Shown: piece after piece, positions 43,145 to 50,769 of the stretch
Position numbering within the stretch: position 1 is the first letter of the stretch
How the letters are laid out: every line of letters begins with the position of its first letter
DNA from: Verrucomicrobiota bacterium
GTDB taxonomy: Bacteria > Verrucomicrobiota > Verrucomicrobiia > Limisphaerales > CANJSG01
DNA: 64,000 nucleotides
NCBI GenBank assembly: GCA_038209745.1
Contig: JBBQXJ010000007.1
Location: 15,037-79,036 of the forward strand
Direction of reading: 5' to 3'
Translations under genes and position numbers: made by a program
The notes under the pieces: model-generated
The model's input: only the letters and a program-made list of their open reading frames with translations
Told to the model about the DNA's origin: nothing
Database searches by the model: none

Positions 43145-45697
43145 GTGCAGCCGCCCGGTGAATCCATCGAAAAGTCCCTCCCGCCCCAACGCGTCCCCGT
43201 GCCCGATGTCTGGCAGGAGCAGGCGGTCAGCGCCCTGCGCGCCGGCAAGGACGTCGTCGTCCACGCCCCCACCGGCGCCGGCAAGACCCTGATCTTCGAG
43301 CTGTGGTCGGACCAGGGCCGGAACCAGGGCCAGGCCATCTACACCGTCCCCACCCGCGCCCTCGCCAACGACAAGCTGGCCGAGTGGCGCAGCCGGGGCT
43401 GGGACGTCGGCATCGCCACCGGCGACCTCTCGGACAATCTCGAAGCACCGGTCGTCATCGCCACCCTGGAGACGCAGAAGAACCGCCTCATCCGCGGCGA
43501 CGGCCCTAGTCTGCTGATCATCGACGAATACCAGATGCTGGGCGATCCGGACCGGGGCTTGAACTACGAGCTGGCCATCGCCATGGCCCCGGCCAAGACG
43601 CAGCTCCTGCTCCTCAGCGGCAGCGTCGAGAATCCGCACCACATCGTGAAGTGGCTCACCCGCCTCGGCCGCAAGGCGGTCATCGTCCGCCATGAGGAGC
43701 GCCCGGTGCCGCTGGCGGAAGCCGATCTCAAGGACATCGACCTCAACCTCCCGTCCGAGATCCGCGGCATCTGGCCGCGAAACATCGCCAAGGCCTTGGC
43801 CAGCGGATTGGGACCGGTGCTGCTCTTCGCGCCCCAACGAAAAGCCACGGAGATGCTGGCCGCCGAATTGACGCGGTTCCTGCCGAATCCGAACCCGCTC
43901 ATCCTGACTCCGGAACAGAAGGCCGCCGTCGGTGAAAACCTCGCCCGGATGCTGCGGTCGCGGATCACCTACCACCACAGCGGGCTGAGCTACGCCGCCC
44001 GCGCCGGCGTCATCGAGCCCCTGGCCAAAGCCGGCCAGCTCCGCGTCGTCGTCGCAACCATGGGCCTGGCCGCCGGGATCAACTTCTCGCTGCGCAGCGT
44101 CGCCCTCGCGGCCGCCACGTATCGCCGCGACAACGTCGAGCATCCCATCAAGCCGGACGAGATTCTCCAGATGTTCGGCCGGGCGGGCCGGCGCGGCCTC
44201 GACAAATCGGGCTTCGTCCTGGTCACCGAAAACAACATCCGCCTGCAGGACGGACGGCCGGCTTGGCTCTCCCGCAGCGGCATGGTGGACTGGAACGCCC
44301 TTCTCGGAATCATGCACGCGGCGGCGGCCCAGAACCGTTTGCCGTTCCTCGCGGCGGTGGAGGTGCAGGAGCGGCTCTTCACCACCAAACCGATCGTCCT
44401 CGGGGTGGAAGAATCCCTGAAGCACCCGAACACCCCCTGCGGTCTCGAGACCGACGCCGAACGGGCCCGCCACGTCCGCCGGCGCGAGAAGGAGCTGCTC
44501 AACAGCCAGGGCGAATGGGAACGGATGGGCCAGCTCGTGGAAGTGCCCTTGAAGGAGATCAAGGCGATCCGGGATCCCAAATCTCGGAAGCGGGATGCCG
44601 ACGCTCCGGAGGAGGCGATCCAATCGGAAGCAGCCGATCGGACCACGGGCATCCAGCTCGTGCCCGCGCTCTCCGTCCCAGGCGCTTTGGACCGGATCGG
44701 CCAAGGCCAATTGGTCCGGGTCGGCGAGACGGATGGACACAGGATCTACGGCCGCTCCAGCGTCGTGGCGGACCGGCTCAATGACGGCCAAGTCATCATG
44801 GCCAAGTGGGTCCAAAGCGCCGTCGGTTGGAACGGTCGCCAGGCCACGCTCGAGCAATGGAACGAGAAGATCGTCCGGTCGCTCGCCGAATACCTCGCCC
44901 ATCAGGGCACTCCGCTCGTCGAAGTGGTCGAAGACGGCCTGCGGCTCCTCGCCCTCACCAGTCTCGCCGAGCATAAGTTGCGGGTGCCGGTGGACCGCCA
45001 CGGCGTCGCCCTCCATCGTCCGAAGACGCGCGACGTCATGCCGACGGACTGCGGCGCCTGCCCTCTCGTGGAGACCTGCCGCAAACTCCCCTCCGCCATC
45101 GGCGCCGCGCTGCTCTGGCGCAGGATGGGCCTGGTGGATGCCAAGGGCGTGCCGACATTGCGTGGACGCGTGGTCAGCTTCTTCCATCAAGGCGACGGTC
45201 TGGCGGCGGCGTCCGCGCTGGAGGACGAACACTACCCGCTCGGCGAATTGATCTACGATCTGGCGAATCTCAACGCCGGGTTCCGCTTCTGCGGCGGCAA
45301 GGAAGCGCGCTTCGAAGGGCGTCTAGCCCGGTCCTGCCAACGCTTGTTCGGCAACCAGAACATACCCGGCTATCTGGAGAACGGCCTGCCGCCCGGCTAC
45401 GGCTTCGGCGCCCAGGACGTGGTCAAGGGCGTCCACGGCAACCCCGTGAGCAAACAACGGTGGATCACCCCGTGGACCGGACCCGGCGACATCGACCGCG
45501 TCATCATCGAATGGCGCAGCCTGATGCGGCAGATCACGAATTCACCGAATCTCGAATGGTCCCGCTGGACCGGGCTCAAAGCCTTGGCCAAGACGATCCT
45601 CAACGAGACCGAATCCCCTTCGCTCGTCGACCTGCCGCCGCTGGAGTCCCATCAAACCGAACGGGTGGACCACAAGCTGCATTTGCGCCACCGCTGA
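43145..45697 (+). CDS. Superfamily 2 DEAD/DEAH-box helicase (Ski2/Lhr-like core) with a ~400-aa C-terminal extension
   Basis: GTG start. Motif I HAPTGAGKT, motif II IIDEYQ, motif III LSGS, VATMGLAAGINF, and motif VI QMFGRAGRRG. Confidence 0.85.
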   Translation: MQPPGESIEKSLPPQRVPVPDVWQEQAVSALRAGKDVVVHAPTGAGKTLIFELWSDQGRNQGQAIYTVPTRALANDKLAEWRSRGWDVGIATGDLSDNLEAPVVIATLETQKNRLIRGDGPSLLIIDEYQMLGDPDRGLNYELAIAMAPAKTQLLLLSGSVENPHHIVKWLTRLGRKAVIVRHEERPVPLAEADLKDIDLNLPSEIRGIWPRNIAKALASGLGPVLLFAPQRKATEMLAAELTRFLPNPNPLILTPEQKAAVGENLARMLRSRITYHHSGLSYAARAGVIEPLAKAGQLRVVVATMGLAAGINFSLRSVALAAATYRRDNVEHPIKPDEILQMFGRAGRRGLDKSGFVLVTENNIRLQDGRPAWLSRSGMVDWNALLGIMHAAAAQNRLPFLAAVEVQERLFTTKPIVLGVEESLKHPNTPCGLETDAERARHVRRREKELLNSQGEWERMGQLVEVPLKEIKAIRDPKSRKRDADAPEEAIQSEAADRTTGIQLVPALSVPGALDRIGQGQLVRVGETDGHRIYGRSSVVADRLNDGQVIMAKWVQSAVGWNGRQATLEQWNEKIVRSLAEYLAHQGTPLVEVVEDGLRLLALTSLAEHKLRVPVDRHGVALHRPKTRDVMPTDCGACPLVETCRKLPSAIGAALLWRRMGLVDAKGVPTLRGRVVSFFHQGDGLAAASALEDEHYPLGELIYDLANLNAGFRFCGGKEARFEGRLARSCQRLFGNQNIPGYLENGLPPGYGFGAQDVVKGVHGNPVSKQRWITPWTGPGDIDRVIIEWRSLMRQITNSPNLEWSRWTGLKALAKTILNETESPSLVDLPPLESHQTERVDHKLHLRHR

Positions 45698-45922
45698 TTC
45701 CTGGAAGGACCGCGCAAGAACGGGACGCGTGTCGCTCGCGGCGGCCGGAGCTCTCCAGCCGGGAGCACGGCATCGTCGCCGCTCCGCCGCTGGTTGATCG
45801 CAAGGCCTTGTCCCGACACGGCGCCGAGCACGGGGACGGCGCCGTTCGTTTTCTGCGCTGGTGGCCCGCCAAAAAACTTTCCTTCCCGCCGTCGTCCCGG
45901 ACCCGGCATCTTCGCTCCGCGC

Positions 45923-47050
45923 ATGATCGGCCTCGCCCAACTGCTCCAGGACTTGATCGCTCTTCCGAGCGTCAACCCGGCCTTCGTCGAACCCGGCAAC
46001 GTCTTCGCCGGTGAACAACGCGTCGCCGCGCATCTCCTCGATCTCGCCCGCCGCGCCGGCCTCGACGCCGAACTGCAAGCCGTCCGCGATGGCCGGGCCA
46101 ACCTGCTCGTCCGCTTGGCGCCTGCCGGCAAAGTCTCCCGCCGCATCGTGCTTGCACCGCATCTCGACACGATCGTCGCCGACGCCGCCCAGCTTCAGCC
46201 CCGACTGGTGAAGGGCCGCATCCACGGGCGCGGCGCCTGCGACACCAAGGGCTCCGTCACGGCGATGTTCGCCGCGGTGCTGGATCTCGCCGCCTCCGGC
46301 CATCGCCCGCAGGAAACGGAGATCGTCTTCGCCGGCGTGATCGACGAGGAGAACAACCAGCTCGGTTCCCGCGCCCTCGTGAAGTCCGGCTTCAAGGCCG
46401 ATCTCGCCATCGTCGGCGAACCGACCCGGTGCGACGTGGTCAGCGCCCACAAGGGCAACATCTGGCTGAGCTTCGAGACCAAGGGCCGCGCCGCCCACGG
46501 CTCCACCCCGCACCTCGGCCGGAACGCCATTCTCGAAATGGCCCGCGTCGTCGAACTGCTGGAGACGCGCTACGCCAAACAGCTTTCCAAGCGGAAACAT
46601 CCCCTGCTCGGCAGCCCGAGCATCAGCGTCGGCGTGATCCACGGCGGCCAACAGCCGAACATCGTCCCCGACCACTGTGTGATGCGCGCCGATCGGCGGC
46701 TGCTGCCCGGAGAAAACCCGACCGCGATCCGGAAGGAGCTGCTGGCCCTGCTCAAGAAGGACGGGCTCACCGCGACCATCGGCGATGCCAAAGGCGTCGA
46801 CTGTCTCGCCACCGAGACCGATCCCGATCGGCCGCTCGTGCAGGCTTTCCTCAAGAGCGCCGGCCGCAAGACCGCCGTCGGGGCAAACTACTTCTGCGAC
46901 GCCGCCGTGTTCGGCCACAGTGGAACCCCGGCCATCGTCTTCGGCCCGGGCGACATCGCCCAGGCCCACACGGCCGACGAATGGATCGCGGTCCGGCAAC
47001 TGGAGCGCGCCCACGCGGTGCTCTTGAAGTTCCTCCGCCATTTGCCGTGA
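45923..47050 (+). CDS. M20 family metallopeptidase (ArgE/DapE-like deacylase)
   Basis: Start MIGLAQLLQDLIALPSVNP (ATG 45923). Also present: LAPHLDTIV, GRGACDTKGS, DEENNQLGS, GEPT, SAHKG. Confidence 0.85.
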   Translation: MIGLAQLLQDLIALPSVNPAFVEPGNVFAGEQRVAAHLLDLARRAGLDAELQAVRDGRANLLVRLAPAGKVSRRIVLAPHLDTIVADAAQLQPRLVKGRIHGRGACDTKGSVTAMFAAVLDLAASGHRPQETEIVFAGVIDEENNQLGSRALVKSGFKADLAIVGEPTRCDVVSAHKGNIWLSFETKGRAAHGSTPHLGRNAILEMARVVELLETRYAKQLSKRKHPLLGSPSISVGVIHGGQQPNIVPDHCVMRADRRLLPGENPTAIRKELLALLKKDGLTATIGDAKGVDCLATETDPDRPLVQAFLKSAGRKTAVGANYFCDAAVFGHSGTPAIVFGPGDIAQAHTADEWIAVRQLERAHAVLLKFLRHLP

Positions 47051-48294
47051 TCCGCTCGGCCTTCTTCCGTCAGAGCGCATGGCTCCTGTTCGCCTCGCTG
47101 GCCGGCGGCGGCCTGTTGGCGCTCGTGCACCGGATCGCCGGCCGGATGGACACCGGTGGAGAATACGGGCTCTTCACCACCGTCCTGAACTCGATGCAGG
47201 CCCTGACCTTTCCCTCGCTCGGATTGGCGGCGGTCTTCACCCAGATGACCGCTCTGGCCGCGACGGACGAAGCCCGGCGCGACGTGGCCGCAGCGGCGAA
47301 GCGCGCGGCGGGCGGGATGGTCGCCTACTGGCTGCTGATCTGTGTCCTGGTCTTCGCCGGCCACGGCTGGCTGATGGAGAAGTTCAAGATGACCAGCAGT
47401 CTCCCGCTCCTCTGGCTCGCTCCGACTCTTCTCATCACCCTCATCAACCCGATCGCTCTCGGCATCGTTCAAGGACGACAAGATTTCGCGTGGGTCGGAC
47501 TCAGCTCCATCTTCGGCGGAGCCGGCCGGCTGACCATCACTTGGATGGCCGTGGCATTGCTCGGGGCGAGCGCCGGTTGGGCGATCTGCGGGGTCTTCTT
47601 CGGCTTGATCGCCGGGTTCATCCCGCTGCTGCTGGCGAGCCGGCCGATCTGGCAATTGCGCGGCGGAGACTTCCATGTTCTGCGCTGGCTGCGTGATGCC
47701 GGGCCGCTCACGGGCGGGTTGGCCGCGTCCGCCTTCCTTTTCTCCCTCGACCAATGGGCGGCCCGAGAATTCCTGTCGCTGGACGGCAATGACCTCTATG
47801 GCGCCGCCGGGACCGTCGGGCGCGTCGTCATGTGGGTCTCGGCTCCCCTCGTCATGGTGATGTTCCCGAAAGTGGCCCGCTCGGCATCGGCCAAGGAAGA
47901 CCGGACAATCGTCTTCCAAGCCTTGGGGGCCACTTTGGTCGTGGCCGCTTTGGCAGCTCTGGCCTGCACCCTGTTTCCCTCCGTGCCGCTGTTGGCGCTT
48001 CAGGGGAAGAAGCTCGCCGGAGCGGCCTCGCCGCTCGTGCCGGTCTATGTGTGGTGTCTGGTGCCCTTGACCCTGACGAACGTCCTTCTGAACAACCTTC
48101 TCGCCCGCCGCCGCTACCGGGTCGTCGTGCCCTTGCTGTTGGTGGTGGGCGGCTACTGGTTGGCGCTCAGACGGTTCAATTCTTCCCCCAAGGAAATCAT
48201 CCTGACCATGGGCGCCGCTTCCGTGGTCTCCCTCATCGTTTGCATCGCCGCCACCTGGCTCGGAACCGGACGACCCGCGAAGACCCCGAACTAG
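47047..48294 (+). CDS. MOP-superfamily flippase-like polytopic membrane protein (polysaccharide/lipid-linked oligosaccharide)
   Basis: The GTG start overlaps the M20 stop (GTGA at 47047-47050). About 12 hydrophobic segments. The N-terminal part of the track ORF 46429..48294 is off-frame read-through of the M20 gene. Confidence 0.6.
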   Translation: MIRSAFFRQSAWLLFASLAGGGLLALVHRIAGRMDTGGEYGLFTTVLNSMQALTFPSLGLAAVFTQMTALAATDEARRDVAAAAKRAAGGMVAYWLLICVLVFAGHGWLMEKFKMTSSLPLLWLAPTLLITLINPIALGIVQGRQDFAWVGLSSIFGGAGRLTITWMAVALLGASAGWAICGVFFGLIAGFIPLLLASRPIWQLRGGDFHVLRWLRDAGPLTGGLAASAFLFSLDQWAAREFLSLDGNDLYGAAGTVGRVVMWVSAPLVMVMFPKVARSASAKEDRTIVFQALGATLVVAALAALACTLFPSVPLLALQGKKLAGAASPLVPVYVWCLVPLTLTNVLLNNLLARRRYRVVVPLLLVVGGYWLALRRFNSSPKEIILTMGAASVVSLIVCIAATWLGTGRPAKTPN

Positions 48295-48468
48295 GCAGCC
48301 CCCATACCCCATCCGGGTGGCTGGCCAAACACGGACGTCCTCGGGAAGGCTCCCCTCCACAACTCAACGAAAGCACCTAAGTTTGGCGTGCTTTTCACCG
48401 ACCAGCGTAGACACTCATAGTCATCAGCTGCTCACCCAACGGCCCGCCTCACGCCGTGCAGCACCCAT

Positions 48469-49047
48469 ATGAAACTCTCCGACACCGTCGTCATCCACGA
48501 ACCGCCCCAACGGGTGTGGAAGGCCATCACCGATCCCTCCAGTTGGCCCGACTGGAATCCCAAGGTGGTCCGCGTCGTTCGCACCAGCACTCGTCCGCTG
48601 GAGGTCGGAGAAACCTTCACGGCGGACTTCAAGTTGAGCGGCCCGCCCATGCCATCCCAGCTAAAGGTCCGGGTGCTGAACCCGCTTCGCCAACTGACCG
48701 TGAAGCAGCGCCCGGAAGGGCGACACCGTTCCCGGTCGGTGAAGATCGACTTCGAGATCGAAATGGAAGGGACCGCGACCCGCGTCACCCAGACGACCGA
48801 CATAACAGAAGCCGGCCTGCCTTTTTGGACCCGGACCGTGATGTGGATCGTGACCCGCTTCGGCAAGGCGGCCGGCCCGTCGCCGCTGGACGGACTCAAG
48901 AAGCACCTCGAATCCACCTCCTCCAAAACGCCTTCAACCATAGCCAGTGCCGCCGAAGGATCCCCGGCGATTCCGACGGAGCCTTCCGATCCAGTCGATC
49001 CCGCCGCACCGGTCAACCCCGCCACTCCAGACAAAAAGGTCTGGTAG
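48469..49047 (+). CDS. SRPBCC (polyketide cyclase/START-like) domain protein with a low-complexity C-terminal tail
   Basis: The N-terminus MKLSDTVVIHEPPQRVWKAITDPSSWPDWNP is the canonical SRPBCC opening. Confidence 0.7.
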   Translation: MKLSDTVVIHEPPQRVWKAITDPSSWPDWNPKVVRVVRTSTRPLEVGETFTADFKLSGPPMPSQLKVRVLNPLRQLTVKQRPEGRHRSRSVKIDFEIEMEGTATRVTQTTDITEAGLPFWTRTVMWIVTRFGKAAGPSPLDGLKKHLESTSSKTPSTIASAAEGSPAIPTEPSDPVDPAAPVNPATPDKKVW

Positions 49048-49135
49048 ACGAGAGCACCCTGCGTCGGCGTTCAACCGTCGACTCCAGAGCGATTCGGAGT
49101 TTCCACGGCTTGTCGGGTCGGCAAAATGATCCGCC

Positions 49136-49636
49136 GTGGCCGACACCCTCACTGCCGTCGAACGTTCACGGCTGATGTCCCGCATCCGCTCGCGCGGCAA
49201 CGCCCGGACCGAAGTCGCCCTCGCCAAATTGCTTCGCCGGCATGGCGTCACTGGCTGGCGGCGGCACTTGAAGCTCGAATCCGTGGCGGCGGTTCAATCG
49301 CGCCGTTTCGCCGATCGACGGTCGCGCTACGTCCGGCCTGACTTCGTCTTTCGCAAGGAGCGCGTCGTTGTTTTCGTTGATGGCTGCTTCTGGCACGGTT
49401 GCCCGCTCCACGCCACCCAGCCCAAGGACAACCGCGCTTTCTGGTGGAACAAGATCCGGACGAACCAGGCGCGGGACCGCCGGGTCCATCGCGCCCTTCG
49501 CGCCAAGGGTTGGAAGGTTCTCCGCATCTGGGAACACGCCTTGCGTGGCGTCGATGGGAAGAGGCCCATCGCAGACGACGAAGTCCCGTCAGTGATCAGA
49601 CGAATCCGGCGTGCGCTTGGCACAAGGGCCCAGTGA
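49136..49636 (+). CDS. vsr: Very short patch repair endonuclease
   Basis: SRLMSRIRSRGNARTEVAL, RPDFVF...VVVFVDGCFWHGCP, QPKDNRAFWWNKIRTNQARDRR, GWKVLRIWEH. Confidence 0.9.
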   Translation: MADTLTAVERSRLMSRIRSRGNARTEVALAKLLRRHGVTGWRRHLKLESVAAVQSRRFADRRSRYVRPDFVFRKERVVVFVDGCFWHGCPLHATQPKDNRAFWWNKIRTNQARDRRVHRALRAKGWKVLRIWEHALRGVDGKRPIADDEVPSVIRRIRRALGTRAQ

Positions 49637-49673
49637 GTCCGGGATCTCCTTCAGCGCGCCAGCGTCTTGGACT

Positions 49674-49696
49674 GCGCCGGTGCTCCGGCGCTTTTG
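49674..49696 (+). terminator. Rho-independent terminator after vsr
   Basis: GCGCCGG-TGCT-CCGGCGC followed by TTTTG, 38 nt after the vsr stop. Confidence 0.6.
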
Positions 49697-49827
49697 CCAC
49701 GCTGCTCCGTCCGGCCAAACTTTGAGACCACCGCCTCTCGGCCCAAGCGAGTCTCACCAAGCGGCGCCGCAGCGCCGCAGTCCAAAAGCTTCGCCACGAC
49801 GCCGCCCGCTTCTTCGATTCTTCCACC

Positions 49828-50502
49828 CTACGGAAGCCGTCGTCGAAACTCCCCGCAGGCCGCCGCAATGTCCTTCGCGTTCAGGATCGCCGAGACCACG
49901 CAGATCCGTTTCGCACCGGCTTCCAGCACGGAGTCCAGATTCTCCAGCGTGATGCCGCCGATGGCCCACCAGGGAACCGCCACGTTCGCAGCGGCCCAGC
50001 GCACATACTCCAACGTCACCGGCTTCGCGTCCGGCTTTGTGCCGGTGGGAAACACCGGGCCGATGGCGATGTAGTCGGCACCGGCCGCGACGGCGCGCAG
50101 GGCTTGGGCGGAAGCATGGGTGGAGAGGCCGATTTCTGGGAATGGATACCTGATACCTGATACCTGATTCCCGATACCGGATACCGGATGCAGGAGCTGG
50201 TCTGTGTGGGTGAAGCCGGCGTCGAAGAAGTCTTCCTGGCCGAGATGGCAGGCCGGTGCGCCGAGGGCTTGGGCGACATCAAGATGGTCGTTGATGACCA
50301 ACCGGACGCCGGCGGCGGCGGCGATGGGCAGGAGCTTCTCCGCGACGCCGCGCACCCAGTCGGCCGATTCGTGCTTGGCGCGGAGCTGGACCAGGTCGGC
50401 GCCGCCATCGCACAGCTCGCGGCAGACCACTTCCGGAGTGCGTCCGTGGAGATAGGCCGTGTCCACGAATCCGTAGAGGCGGCAGTCGGCGAGAGGTTTC
50501 AT
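49828..50502 (-). CDS. thiE: Thiamine-phosphate synthase
   Basis: LYGFVD..., GGADLVQLRAK, RLVINDHLDVA, HLGQED, GLSTH, YIAIGPVFPTGTK, IGGI. It carries an extra ~14-aa loop encoded by a heptamer repeat. Confidence 0.9.
   Translation of the reverse strand: MKPLADCRLYGFVDTAYLHGRTPEVVCRELCDGGADLVQLRAKHESADWVRGVAEKLLPIAAAAGVRLVINDHLDVAQALGAPACHLGQEDFFDAGFTHTDQLLHPVSGIGNQVSGIRYPFPEIGLSTHASAQALRAVAAGADYIAIGPVFPTGTKPDAKPVTLEYVRWAAANVAVPWWAIGGITLENLDSVLEAGAKRICVVSAILNAKDIAAACGEFRRRLP
50146..50187. repeat. Heptanucleotide tandem repeat, 6 units, inside thiE
   Basis: Plus strand: ATACCTG ATACCTG ATACCTG ATTCCCG ATACCGG ATACCGG, 42 nt. It encodes PVSGIGNQVSGIRY on the minus strand. Confidence 0.9.
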
Positions 50503-50526
50503 TTCAAAACGGGAACCACCAAAGCG

Positions 50527-50737
50527 AAACCACAGATGGACCCAGATTCACACAGATACGGAATCATGGCAGTTGGATGGCTCCCCACCCACATTGAGTG
50601 CCAAGGATGAAGAGAGAATCCCGGATTTCGCCACGCCCATCGGGTCGGGCTGGAAGTCCGACCCACGTTCCTCTGCATTGCTCCGGCTCAAGCCGGTCCG
50701 CTCCAAATCTGTGACCATCTGTGTGAATCTGTGGTTG
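50527..50737. repeat. Inverted arrays of three 10-bp direct repeats (NNNCNCAGAT) flanking a ~146-bp core
   Basis: Left array: AACCACAGAT GGACCCAGAT TCACACAGAT (50528-50557). The reverse complement of the right array is AACCACAGAT TCACACAGAT GGTCACAGAT (50708-50737). The core holds a GGGTCGG...CCGACCC hairpin and a CCGGCTcaAGCCGG palindrome. Confidence 0.6.
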
Positions 50738-50769
50738 CTCTTCCGGGTTTTCGCTGGGCGCGGCTCAAT

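Noticed and set aside
43055-45232. 725-aa minus-strand ORF opposite the helicase gene. The same class includes 52763..55495(-) 910 aa, 55685..58171(+) 828 aa, 33040..35661(+) 873 aa, 6013..7797(+) 594 aa, 51058..53280(+) 740 aa, 45542..47080(-) 512 aa, 46888..48360(-) 490 aa, 22405..23892(+) 495 aa, 23963..25222(-) 419 aa, 58114..59373(-) 419 aa, 59472..60647(-) 391 aa and 19846..21030(-) 394 aa.
   Set aside because: These are antisense shadow ORFs, typical of high-GC DNA. Their translations are dominated by G/R/A/D/E/L/V/P with no recognisable motifs. In every case the opposite strand encodes a protein with clear family signatures.
50146-50187. CRISPR-like or other array interpretation of the short tandem repeats.
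   Set aside because: The units are 7 nt with no spacers and lie inside a coding region. No CRISPR-type repeat-spacer array or cas gene is visible anywhere in the window.
50503-50769. TPP (THI-box) riboswitch upstream of thiE.
   Set aside because: The conserved CUGAGA and ACCUGAUCUGGAUAAUGCCAGCG-like cores are not visible on the minus strand. The region is instead occupied by the 10-mer repeat arrays.
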